This document shows positions 14,589-26,649 of a stretch of DNA of 64,000 bases, one piece after another. The stretch covers positions 45,446,001-45,510,000 of the forward strand of contig NC_092344.1 in the NCBI RefSeq assembly GCF_963676685.1. The letters are read 5' to 3'. Source of the DNA: Mytilus edulis. Its lineage: Eukaryota. The first letter of the stretch is position 1, and each line of letters opens with the position of its first letter. Both the position numbers and the translations under genes were made by a program. The notes under the pieces were generated by a model. It ran no database searches. It was given only the letters and a program-made list of their open reading frames with translations, and was not told the DNA's origin.

Positions 14589-15751
14589 ATATAAAATTAA
14601 TTAAAACTTAAGATCTTAAGGAAACATAATTACTTTCATGTTTTTATAGCAGTAATTTTTAATCAGTAATACAATTAAATTTTACGATTTACTTCATTAT
14701 TTCACTTTTGATCTTATATTGTGTAGACCTACATCTGAATGTCCAATCTCCGTCGTGCAAGTCTTTGTCATAACTAAATGCTAAATCAAAAACTGTAAAA
14801 AGTAAACCAACGTGAATGTAATCAATGTATACTTGATGGTACGAGTATCAGGATTAATCAATTTTAATTGAAACACCTCAAATTATTTTTGGAGACAACA
14901 AGACAAAATGGAAGAAACATCGGTTTCAGACATATTCAATTCTACGAGATCAAGACGTTTTTTTCTTTATTTTTCAATTTGAAGTTAGTACAAACGCCAT
15001 AATTGATACCATGTATTTGATTATTAAAAGTCAAACTTCGACAGGAATCTTCACAGACAAGCCTTATAAAACCAAAGGCCAAACTTCAATTCATAAATTT
15101 ATAAAAACGTTAATGTATGACTTGGATGGAATTTAGTCACATTGACACTCATACCACATCTTCTTATAACGATGTGTAGGGTACTTTTGATCAGGCCTTC
15201 AAACATTAACTTAAACTACCGGTTAACCGGTTAATCGGTCGAACGATTAAACGAGTAACCGGTTAGGCAAAAGTATACGATTTGACAACACTAATAATAT
15301 TTATTTAGTTTTTTTACTAATAACAAAATGAATATCATACCAATAAATAAAGGCAACAGTAGTATACCGCTGTTCGAAATTCATAAATCGATTGAGAAAA
15401 AAAACAAATCCGGGTTGCAAACTAAAACAGAGGGAAACGCATAAAATATAAGAGAACTACGACACAACAGAAACCCATAATTGGAATGTAACACACACAT
15501 AGAAACGAACTATAATATAACAATGGCCATTTTCCTGACTTGGTACAGGACATTTTAAGAAAACAAATGATGGGTTGAACAAGGTTTGTGTGGCATGCCA
15601 AACCTCCCGCTTAAATTGCAATGTTAAATATAACATTAAAACGACAACATTACACGACAGGACTACAATACAAATAAATGGGAGAAAATATATAAGACAG
15701 AGAAACACACGAATAATAGCCAACAAAAGGTATCTGGTTTAAAATTTAATA

Positions 15752-15793
15752 CGACAGACGTACGTTTCGTCCACACAAGACCAACCAGTGACG
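15752..15793 (-). ncRNA. Degenerate hammerhead ribozyme copy
   Basis: CGUCA CUGGUUG GUCU-ugugu-GGAC GAAA CGUACG UC UGUCG; core mutated. Confidence 0.65.
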
Positions 15794-16141
15794 CTCAGAT
15801 GAAAAAAAAAATTGAAAGCCAAAACTAGCACAAAGTTCAAGAGCACTGAGGACCAAACGTTCAAAGATCTATTAGATTGTTTTCGTCCAGAACATTTATT
15901 TCATTTTAGTCTATTCGACGTTAGGCAAAGTTGGCATCAATCTGTCAACATAATGACAACTATTGCAAATTAAAAAGGTAGAACTTCACAACTTACTAAA
16001 AAAAATCACACGTTCTATATGCGATTGGAACTTTACCAATATAGCTCCAGACTATCCATTTGTAATGAAAACTAGATATTATGACTTTATGTTTATATGA
16101 CATTATGTAACAGATGGAGCGTATTTGGTTACATATGAATA

Positions 16142-16149
16142 TATATAAA
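16142..16149 (+). promoter_or_regulatory. Candidate TATA box of FReD gene A
   Basis: TATATAAA ~70 bp upstream of the ATG. Gene B has TATATAAA at ~29389, ~120 bp upstream of its ATG. The AT-rich background limits confidence. Confidence 0.4.
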
Positions 16150-16214
16150 TTCTTTCTATTTAACAAACTCAGGTGTGAATTATTTTTGAGGACACAGTTC
16201 ACTAAGATATCATA

Positions 16215-19200
16215 ATGGTTGTATGGTCTGTGCTGTTGTTAACTGTATTTGTTGTTAGTCATTCCTTTGCGGATAACTTCAATAATAAGAAATGCCAACC
16301 TGGTAAATATTTTTTTTTAAATTTTAATCAAGAAAATGAAAAAAGATGTCACCATCAATTACAATAATTCTAAATCGTATAAATCGTAAATATCAAGTAT
16401 TTCCTTTACTGATCTATACTTATGTTAAATTTGCCGTTCGTGTCGAATAAGTAGTCGAATTTTATTTAAAGGTGTGACCTTTCACGGCGATACAGCTGAC
16501 AAAATTTTAGAACTACTTTCCAATAGTGGTGGTAGTAAACAAAACAGGAAGTCCAATAACAGCAATGAAAAACCGGAAAAAGATAAAGGACCATGTTCAG
16601 GTAACACTATTTTTGGAAACTTCATGATACTTAAAAATAAACCAGAAAAAAATGAATTTACGACTGTTACGTGTAGTTTGACGTTTCACTCGACTGTAGG
16701 CGGTCCTCGGTGCATGCCGAGTGGTTTAGATACTCCAACTACTGTAGCACCAGCCAGTCAACACAGAGTTAGAATCCCGCTTAACTCCAATCTTAATTGA
16801 CTAGGATTGTCAGTTTTTCTACAGAAGGTTGGCTGTACTCCCCGGGCACTCCGGCATCCTCTATAAATAGAAACTGACCGCCACGACATAGTAAAATAGT
16901 GATAAAAGTACATTTTATCAGAGCCGGTTCTATTATCCGTATTTGTCGTAACTTACGTAACGATAGAGATACATGTGTATGTAAATGCAATACAATATGA
17001 CTAAGATAGTGGTAATTTCATTTTATCTGGGTAATGTTTCGTACACATGATCTTTCCTATAAATCTGAGACTACTTTGTGTTGTAGTAGTCTCAGTATAA
17101 ATACATAACCATAGCACTCATTTGGGTTGAACAATTAGTACCAATTGTAATACTCACTATATGACTCAAAGTAATTCTTTCCTGAGTAATATTATTCGTG
17201 ACTAAAAACAAAAACTATCATAGTTGTTTACCCATTTATAATTTGATACTTTTATTTTGTTTTTATGATTCTAAAATTTGTCAAAAAAAGCAGTGATGAA
17301 TGAGAATATGTAGTCAATCTTTCGATTTAACATTTTAATATTATAGCCAGTAGTATACGTAATATCATAATCATTTATACGCACCCGTAGGCGGGCTTCA
17401 CCTGTATCCTAAACAAAAAAAAGATTGACATCACACTAAACTCCGAAACATATTAAGATGAATCCCCATCCCCAAAATAAACAAGAAAAACATTAAAAAC
17501 TAACAAAGGTTTATGACTTGAGACAGTCTTAAAAATGCGACGTGAATAAACATGATTTATTGGATTCCTATTCTCCCCTTTATATCAACCCAATGTAGAA
17601 TAAACATTAAGCAATACGCACACTAAAACTAAACTTAAAGAAACACAAGTCCGATGATAGAATAGGTGTCGGAAGAAACTGGGCAAAATGACAATGATAT
17701 ATAGATACACAAAGGACTACTAGCAGTTTCTGATGTGCAAGCTTTAGACCTCAATTATACCTATTAATATTATGTATATATTATTATGAAAATAAGGAGA
17801 TTAATTGTCAATCAGACAACTATCCGTCATAGTTTAAATGAGCTTGCTTTAAGCAACCGTACGGCATTAAAAAAACAACCCATACCGTGTAGAAATATAT
17901 CTTAAAAAACTTAAAAAATCAAAGGCATCGTCATAAATAAAATTATATAAAACAATTCAATTTAGAAAACTTTCCTTTGCGGATAACTTCAATGATAAGA
18001 AATGCCAGTCTGGTTAACTATTTTTTCTAAACTTTAATCAAGAAAATGTATTTTATGTCGCGTTAAATTATAATTCGTTTTACTGAATGATAGGAATACA
18101 AACTTATTTAAAATATCGATAATATATTGTAAAAAAAATATTACATGATATTTGATATGTCCTAGAAATTTCAGTTTCATGGAAAATTCTTTTAATTCTG
18201 CGAACTATCTTGTATATAAAAAAAGAAGATGTGGCATGATTGCCAATGAGACAACTATCCACAAAAGACCAAAATGACACAAACATTAACAATTATAGGT
18301 CACCGTACGGCCTTCAACAATGAGCAAAGCCCATACCGCATATAGTCAGCTATAAAAGGCCCCGATAAGACAATGTAAAACAATTCAAGCGAGAAAACTA
18401 ACGGCCTTATTTATGTAAAAAAATGAAATTGTACCTGCTTGTAATAGAATTTAATAAAGATGTCACCATCAATTACAATAATTCTAAATCGTATAAATCG
18501 TAAATATCAAGTATTTCCTTTACTGATCTATACTTATGTTAAATTTGCCATTCGTGTCGAATAAGTAGTCGAATTTTATTTAAAGGTGTGACCTTTCACG
18601 GCGATACAGCTGACAAAATTTTAGAACTACTTTCCAATAGTGGTGGTAGTAAACAAAACAGGAAGTCCAATAACAGCAATGAAAAACCGGAAAAAGATAA
18701 AGGACCATGTTCAGGTAACACTATTTTTGGAAACTTCATGATACTTAAACAAAAACTAGAAAAAAATGAATTTACGACTGTTACGTGTAGTTTGACGTTT
18801 CACTCGGCTGTAGGAGGGGCTCGGTTGCCGAGTGGTCTAGGTAATCCAACTACTGTAGCACTGGCCAGAACACAGAGCTAGAATCCCTCTTTATAATTTG
18901 ATATTTTTATTTTGTTTGGTGATTTTAAAATTTGCAAAAAAAAACAGATGAGTGTTGAATGAGATTATGTAGACGATTTTTCGATTTTGCATTTTTAAAA
19001 TACTATAGCTAGTAGTATAGTTTTTTACGCAATATTATTATCATTTACATGTTTTGGAGTTTAGTGTGACGTTCATTTCCATTGCACTAGACGTATACAT
19101 TTTGTATAGTGTCCAGCTTATGGTCGCCTCCGGGTGCGAAAAACTATTAGAATATCGAAAAGATTTAAGATTGAATAGATAAATTGAAATTAAATTAATT

Positions 19201-22200
19201 ATATATCTGTTAAAATGTATTAAATGTATGGACAATTCAGCAAATTCTACATAGTACATTAATTGTAGTCAAAAGACCATCGGATTGTGGTGACTTGGAG
19301 AAATCTACGTGTAAAAGTGGAATTTACAAGATCTACCCTGAAAAAACTTCCACTTTCGACGTCTTCTGTGAAATGGAGAAGCATGGCGGGGGCTGGACAG
19401 TGAGTATTCATTAAATCAAACGTTTTGTTTTCAAAGCAAATCAACCTGGTTCCAAGTTCAAGATATACTGAATACCCTATGGAAATTTTGTTACGAATTT
19501 GACAAAAAAAGGTGCAAAAATACCAAGATCAACAGCATAAAAACAAATAAAAATCAAATGCAGTATAGAACTTTATTTGAATTTAAAAGTAGGAAATATG
19601 CAATTAGGAATGTTTATTAGAGAGGTTAAAGTGGTAAAGGGGGGCTGGGTTTGTGTGTGTTATAAAACGAACGTGATTGCTAATATCGAAAAAAAAAAAC
19701 GGAGTCAGCATTCGCTATAGATTAAAACAAAAAAACAATACAAAGGTGTTCAGTCAGGATTATTATAAACAACGGAAAGATAACAGATGAACACAAAGGC
19801 GAAGTCTGCAAATGGCAGGTAGAGTAATACCTTAGTCGTAATTAATAAACAAATTAAATATTATACATACGAAAGACCGATGGTCTGTTATGTGTACCAT
19901 GTGTAAATGCATCAATCAACAAGTCTTTCGAAAAGGTCATATAGATATGGAACTCTCAAAATATAAAATATTCGAAATACCGAACTCCAAAGAAAAATTC
20001 AAAACGGAAATTCTTTTAATTTCCATTTAAGTCAAACAGACTTAAAAGGAAATTTTGCTTTAAAAAATGATAACAGCAGTTTGTTTATTCAGGTTTCTCA
20101 TTAAATGAGAAAGTATAATATAATGATGAATCCACCGGTTTTAACTGAAGAAGTTCTTATTAAAAAGAGAATAACATGTGTCATAGGAGTGCAAACATAA
20201 TAATAATAAAATGTTCAAAGGTTCAGGAAAACACGGAAATTAATTTATTTTAAACATATTTTATTTCAAAAAATCATGTACGTGACATACACATATAAAT
20301 ACAGTGATACAATAATACTAAGGGATTCGGAAACAAGGTTTCCCTTATATTAATCCGTCTCCCTGTAAAAAAAAAGATAAAGGGAAATAACTGCAAATAA
20401 AAAAGTAGATTTTTTTTCGTCAGATCTTTCCCATAAATATATGTACCGGCGGCGGAGTGTGTTTACATGACTTTGTCAAGACTGTCTCACCCAATTACGA
20501 TTCTATTCATGCACGAAGGACGCTATAAGCCAAATCGCTTCGAATCTACCAAAAATTGTTGCACTTGTTTAAACACGAATAGATTTTCCTCTTGATTGAG
20601 GTTATTGCGGCCAAATAAGAGTGTTTCTATATTGTATGGAAATGGAAATTTTTCTATCGTACGTTTTCGGACACTCGAGAAGAAAATGCTTACTGCTCTC
20701 GAATCTACCACAGGTACAGTTTTTACTTTCTACAAGATTTCTCTTAAATAAATGTTCGTTCAGATTGCTACAATCCATCCGAAGTCTAGCATGAAGTATC
20801 TGACCTTTCCTGTCTCCATAAAAATAATAATTTGGTCTTTCCTTTACATTTTGATTAAGGTAACGTTTAAGTGTAAACTTAGATGGACGTAATCTGATAT
20901 CGTCCGGAATAGCATTCCAGGATCGAATAACTGAGGGAAGAAAAGATTTCTAGTAAAATGCAGTTCTACACTTTATATATTGGGTGTCATTCGTTCGTCT
21001 TGTGTCATAATTATGAATATTAAACAATTGTTGAGGGATAATATCGCTTAAATAATCAGGGGTCTTATTATGAAACATTTCATGAAATTTTACTATTTTG
21101 TGTTTTTCACGTCTTTCTGATAGTAACTCCCATCCAGTTTCGTCGTATAATTTATTTATGGACGATAACTTAGTACCACCAGTAACTATCCTAGCCGCTT
21201 CAAGTTGCATATTTTCTAGTTTATCACTTAAATAGTCTGGAATGTTGTCCCAAATAATATCTGTATATTCAAATAAAGGCCGGATAAAACTTAAATATAT
21301 AGTTTGTAAATACTTTCTTTTCAATTTGAATTTCAAGGCACGATATAAAATAAATCTAGGTGTTATCTTTTCAATTATTGTATTGACATGAGAATGCCAT
21401 GAACCATCCTCATGAAAAATTAAACCAAGGTGTTTAAGGCTTTCTACTTCTGAAATCATATCATCATTTATATAAAGAGGTGGTTGATGGGGTTTTACTG
21501 ATTTCTTGGAAATTGTCATAGCTTCTGTCTTTTTTGCATTAAAGTTTACTAGCCATTGAACTGACCAATTGTTGATAGTCTCTATGTCAGAATTAAGTTT
21601 GCTCGCTGCTGCATATTCATCTTCAACTACTATGAAAAGGGAAGTATCGTCAGCATATATTTTTATATTACAGTCTATGTCGTTTACAATGTCATTTATA
21701 TATTATACTAAAAAAAGTAAGGAGCCTAATATTGATCCTTGAGGGACGCCAGCATATACACCAAAAGTATTCGAGGATTGACCTGAAATAACAACTTTTT
21801 GTTTTCGATTTGATAAATAGCTCATAAACCACTTTAATAGGTTTCCTCTTATACCAATATTTTTAAGTTTATAAATTAGACCTTCATGCCAGACTCGATC
21901 GAAAGCACGACTTATATCAAAAAAGACAATACGAATCTCTTTTCCTGCGTCAAGAGCTTTGCCAAATAAATCTGTTATGTGTAAGAGTTGGTTAATTGTA
22001 GAATCTCCAGGCATGAAACCTGACTGGGCACTTGTTTTTATAACCTGACTGGGCACTTATTATTATATTATGTTTTGTTAAAAAGTTAAAGAAATGCTTA
22101 AAAACACAACGTTCCATACTCTTACCAATGATCGACAAAAGTGTCCACTCTTGCTGGAAATTAATTTCAACCAAAATGCTGTAAAATAATGGAAAAAATA

Positions 22201-25200
22201 TATAAATAACCTTCAGTTATTTTTGTTTCACGACCTTTCGTTTAATTTGATTTGTAGGTATTCCAGCGAAGGATGAATGGTAAAATCAATTTCTTTAGAA
22301 AATGGGAATCGTATAAAACTGGATTTGGAAATTTGAATGGAGAACATTGGTTAGGTAATAACAATATTGCAAAATAATTTTGCTTTTTTGAATGTTCAAT
22401 ATTTTTTTCTTCCTCTTTCATCACTCACCAAAGAATTTGATAAAATATCAAGTCTTACAATACATAATAAATTAAGATAATTTCACCGAAGTCTGTTTAA
22501 TTTCTTTCATTTACGATACGAAGGTTTGAAAAATATAGCTGTACCTTAAGAATTCGTATTACTAACAGGATAGCATATATTTTTTGACGGTAATGTTGTT
22601 AATAGATGTAGAGCTCGGCAATTAAGAAACGATCCATTTACACTTATTTGTTCTTTACATAAATAGATTTTTAGGGAATAGGGATACTATTTGATTAAAC
22701 ATTATAGTAAGATATTTGAAATTTTTGAGTTTTGTCAGTGGGTGTAAGACGACATCTTTATCCAAAATTGGAGGTTAACTAGATTGATATTATTTTTCCA
22801 TCTATTAAGCTCTTAAAAGCTTATACTAATGTGTGGTGTTTGTTTTGCTCGGCTCTGAAAGGCACATTTTTAGTATCTTTGGTGGAAAATTGTCTTATTT
22901 GTAATAATATTCCTTATTCTAATTCAATTTTATTTTTCAAGCTAATTTGATTAAAACACCTTATTTCATTCCAATCTTTTAAAACCTTGAATTTACAGTG
23001 AAAAATGAATTATTTTACAGGAAATGAACACTTGCATAAGCTGACTTCACACGGAAAGTACTCGCTTCGGATAGACATGTCAGACTTCAAAAACAACCAC
23101 AGACATGCTGTATATAACAAATTCTTTGTTGGAAGTGAAAGCGCAGGATATAAATTAGACGTCACTGGCTACTCGGGTGATGCAGGTGAGATAAACCTAT
23201 CAAATTGAATATTAATACTACTAAAACACAAACTCTAGACTTTGACCGTTCTTCCGTTTCGTTCCGTCTAACAAGTATATTCCTTCAGGGAATTTTTCAG
23301 TCCAACAAGTATATTCCGTCACGGATTTGTTCAGTATTACAGGACAGAATGACTTCATATTTGACGAACAGCTTGGCAGTTGCGAAAGTTCTGGTAAAAC
23401 ACATGTGCAAGTGCCTGTGGTTATCTCTTTGTTCTTGAGAATTCGGTCTTGATGACATATTTTTTATAGTCGCAGTTAATCGCGTTTAAAACTTTTAAAG
23501 TGTTGGTGATTAAACGCTTGGTCTAGTGTATAAACACTTGTATTTTGTTAAAATTTGTAGATACTATTTAAAAAAAACCTTTAAAATATTTGAATCATTT
23601 GTCTCTCTCTATGGCGTTCACGTCATATATCCTTTTATCCACGAAAAACCCGGTCGTATAACTGTGAGTTAGGGAGGTCGTGTGCCAAATACAAGTCCGA
23701 GTCTGTAGTATTGTTATTTTTTAACATAACAATATCTTTATTGCATATTTGCTGTTACGTCTTAATTATTGGTATTTGCTGCTACTCCGCTATGATAGTT
23801 ATCAAAGGTACCAGGATTATAATTTAATACGCCAGACGCGCGTTTCGTCTACTTAAGACTCATCAGTGACGCTCATGTCAAAATATTTAAAATGCCAAAC
23901 AAATACAAAGTTGAAGAGCATTGAGGACCCAAAAATTCCTAAAAGTTGTGCCAAATACTGCTAAGGTAATCTACTCCTGGGCATAAGTCATTTAAGTACG
24001 AAGTTGAAGAGCATTGAGGATCCAAAATTTCAAAAAGTTGTGCCAAATACGGCTAAGGTAATCTATTCCTGGGATAAAAAAAATCCTTAGTTTTTCGAAA
24101 AAGGAGTAGGTTCAGTAAGACCCCTTTTTGGCCCCAAAATATAGCAGTTTTACAAAATTGTTAAAATGTAAACCTTTAGTTATTTATTGGACAGTAGAAT
24201 GCTTCTGCTACATAAATATGGGCTGTTTTTGACAATACAATGCACATATATCCGGTACTAGCACCATTAAGTCATGCCAAATTACTGAAATCCTCATAAT
24301 TCTAGCATTTTAGTTAAATTTTAGACGGTTTTCGTGTAAAACGAAAGTGGCCGCATTCGTGTTCATCCTTAATATTGAAATGTAAGTTGTATTTTATGAT
24401 AATACATAACATATATAAAGATTGAGGATGAACACGGATGCGGCCACTTTCATTTTTACCAAAAACCATCTGAAAAGTGACATTTTCCGGCATATTAGGT
24501 AGAATTTTCATATTTGAGCTTGAATCGGATCGTTTTTAATGACCAAATCTGTTAAAATCTTTCACATAAACTAATTAATTCAAATAGAATAGACACTTAA
24601 GTGTTTAAAAAGTGGTCAAAATCATTCGTCAGATGAACCTGAAATTTGAGGCCAAAATCGGTCCTTACCGGACCTACTCCTTTAAAGTTTTGTAAACAGG
24701 AAATTTATAAAAAAAAAAAAATACCACATAATTGATATTCATGTAAACACCGAAGTGCTGACTACTGGGCTGGTGATACCCTCGGGGACGAAACGTCCAC
24801 CAGCAGTGGCATCGACCCAGTGGTGTAAATAGTTATCAAAGGTACCAGGATTATAATTTAATACGCCAGACGCGCGTTTCGTCTACATAATGAACGTGAT
24901 ATTAAGAATGAAAATAAAAATAACCTCATTTCTGTGTCAGAATAATGTGTCCACCTTTACGATAACATGTCTTCCTGCAGACTGTTTCCTTTGTTTCAAA
25001 CAAGTTGAAAATCAGGCTAAGATGTTGATCAAGTTCAAAACAGGGTTCATGGCTAATATAACAGTATCGTCTTAATAATCATGTAATATTTGTCACTGGA
25101 AGTTAAACATCATGTGATCTTTATCGTAATCTATTTATCCCGTAGATATAACAATATTATTCAATTTTATATATCAATTTACTAAACCACAGTTGGTATA

Positions 25201-25460
25201 TTAAACTTCTAGGTGATTCTATGGCGGTGCATCAAAATGGAAAGAAATTTACAACGATTGATAAAGATCAAGACGCACATGGCGAAAACTGCGCTAAATA
25301 TTATAAGGGTGGCTGGTGGTATGGCGCCTGTCACCAATGCAACTTGAATGGCCTTTATCTGAAAGGAAGCAGCACGTATGGTGAAGGGATTAACTGGTAT
25401 ACATGGAAGGGTCTTAAATACTCACTAAAGACAACAACTATGATGATTCGAAGATCATAA
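16215..25460 (+). CDS. Fibrinogen-related domain protein (FReD/FREP, ficolin/tachylectin-5-like), gene A, secreted
   Basis: Exons 16215-16302 ([19 protein letters not shown] signal peptide), 16472-16600 and/or its identical copy 18586-18714, 19269-19399 (KRPSDC...[12 protein letters not shown]), 22258-22354 (VFQRR...[12 protein letters not shown]), 23021-23185 (NEHLHKLT...GYSGDAG), 25213-25460 ([15 protein letters not shown]...NCA...[15 protein letters not shown]...MMIRRS*). All phases fit: 285 aa, or 328 aa with both exon-2 copies. AATAAA at 25484. Confidence 0.93.
16700..16910 (+). mobile_element. tRNA-derived SINE (V-SINE-like core)
   Basis: A-box-like tgccgagtggt, B-box-like gttagaatcc, core tactccccgggcactccggcatcctc...aaactgaccgccacgacatag. 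A truncated duplicate lies at ~18815-18890. Confidence 0.65.
18220..18425. repeat. Interspersed repeat family 2
   Basis: aagaagatgtggcatgattgccaatgagacaact...gtcagctataaaaggccc; also at ~12515-12740, 41225-41410, 42230-42585 (rev), 46955-47270, 60678-61008 (rev). Longer copies share the cctgtcccaagtcaggag core with family 1. Confidence 0.8.
20247..22155 (-). mobile_element. 5'-truncated non-LTR retrotransposon (CR1/L2/Crack group), RT pseudogene, in intron 3 of FReD gene A
   Basis: RT motifs [36 protein letters not shown], with stops and frameshifts; C-terminal [15 protein letters not shown]; 3' AATAAA tail. 12-bp TSD GGAAATTAATTT at 20235-20246 and 22156-22167. Confidence 0.9.
23830..23871 (-). 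ncRNA. Type I hammerhead ribozyme (minimal, palindromic helix III), retrozyme/Penelope type
   Basis: Minus strand: CGUCA CUGAUGA GUCU-uaagu-AGAC GAAA C-GCGC-G UC^ UGGCG. Complete core with helix I and II pairing. Confidence 0.9.
24102..24681. mobile_element. Non-autonomous DNA transposon (Kolobok-like MITE) with internal palindrome
   Basis: Imperfect TIRs AGGAGTAGGTTCAGTAAGACC / GGTCCTTACCGGACCTACTCCT followed by TTAA; internal IR ~24337-24370 / 24425-24457; empty site visible in the copy at ~35585. Confidence 0.8.
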
Positions 25461-25824
25461 ACTGATATACCTAATTCAAGAAAAATAAAGAGAACATATG
25501 ATGATCGAAGTTTTTGTTGTAATTAATTAGATAAATTTGAAGTCATTCAAGCATACATTTTAGCAGTTGAAAAGGTCTTCGTACTTAGTTAGATCAACAT
25601 TGTTGTCCTCTTAAACCGTTATAACTGTTTATCGCCATTTATGTTTTGTGATTATGACTTTATTGTTATTGGCATAGATCTAATACAATATTCCATCATG
25701 TATCTATTGATATTACGGAATCTTCATTTGGACGGTTATCTCAAACCCTACACTTATTCATGTTGCGCGTACAAATACCACATATAATGGTTGCATACGT
25801 TAATTAGGTTAATTTGTAATCACC

Positions 25825-26063
25825 TAAGCAACACGACGGGTGCCACATGTGGAGCAGGATCTGCTTACCCTTCCCGAGCACCTGAGATCCCCCCTAGTTT
25901 TTGGTGGGGTTCGTGTTGTTTATTGTCTAGTTTTCTAGGTTGTGTCATGTGTATTAGTAATTGTTTGTCTGTTTGTCTTTTTCATTTTTAGCCATGGCGT
26001 TGTCAGTTTATTTTCGATTTATGAGTTTGACTGTCCCTCTGGTATCTTTCGTCCCTCTTTTTT
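25825..26063 (+). repeat. Interspersed repeat family 3 (SINE-like)
   Basis: ggagcaggatctgcttaccctt...gcacctgagatc...ccctctggtatctttcgtccctc; copies at 28702-28950 (rev), 41437-41636, degenerate 1390-1470. Confidence 0.8.
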
Positions 26064-26649
26064 AAGCTTGTATGCTTTAGAATTTCTTTTGTCTTTTATT
26101 CTTTCCATATCTAAATCTTGTTAATCCTTTTTCATTATAAAAGAAACCCGATTAAGTTATTATGAAAATAAGAAGATGTGGTATGATAGCCAAAGACGTT
26201 AATTTCTGTGTCATTTGGTCTCTTGTGTCCTGTCCTTTTTCCTTTATTGTGACATTATTGAATGCGACTTATCACAGAACTTGCACTTATCATGCATGAA
26301 ATACACGAATAAATTGGAAGTACAGAAGAACAAACTGATGGTGATTATGGGAGAGAGAGAAAACAAAACAAAACATACACAAAGAACAGCATATAAACAC
26401 AAAAAGTGTGTCGCGTTTATGGAAAAGGATAAAAAAAATGCTTATAAGGACAATTATATGAAAGCTTTTCGGAGATCGATACATGTGATATACGTCATTT
26501 TGCTTCTGGTGTATAGTTGTCTAATTTACAATCTTATCACCTTTTTTTATTTTAATGCTGTAGAGTAGCTTAGATAACAAAATGCTTTAGTTTATAAATT
26601 TTGGCAGAAATATGAATGTGGAAAGTCCAATAACTGTGGAACGACGAAT

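Larger units (their letters stand above)
13114..15293. mobile_element. Non-autonomous hAT-type element
   Basis: TIRs TAGTATTGTCAA / TTGACAACACTA, perfect 8-bp TSD ATAATATT (13106-13113, 15294-15301), subterminal AACCGGTT repeats at both ends. Confidence 0.85.
16262..19030 (+). repeat. Intragenic tandem duplication in gene A (3' half of exon 1 + exon 2 + intron)
   Basis: 16262-17360 is repeated at 17972-19030 with indels; exon 2 is identical in both copies. Confidence 0.9.
23796..24890 (-). mobile_element. Retrozyme-like repeat, just over one monomer head-to-tail (~360-nt unit), interrupted by a MITE
   Basis: tagttatcaaaggtaccagg...gccagacgcgcgtttcgtc recurs at 23796 and 24830. Removing the ~580-bp MITE and a 93-bp internal duplication leaves ~360 nt. 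Related pieces at 1-110, 3140-3300, 15720-15865, 30483-30630, 32860-33022, 35378-35612. Confidence 0.8.

Noticed and set aside
16700-16790. tRNA gene
   Set aside because: Only degenerate A/B boxes followed by a SINE core; no cloverleaf.
17972-18012. Alternative first exon or a fourth lectin gene
   Set aside because: Only the 3' half of exon 1 is present, with no ATG or signal peptide; the nearest upstream AG gives the wrong frame.
24864-24890. Fifth intact hammerhead
   Set aside because: Truncated within loop II; CUGAUGA is missing.
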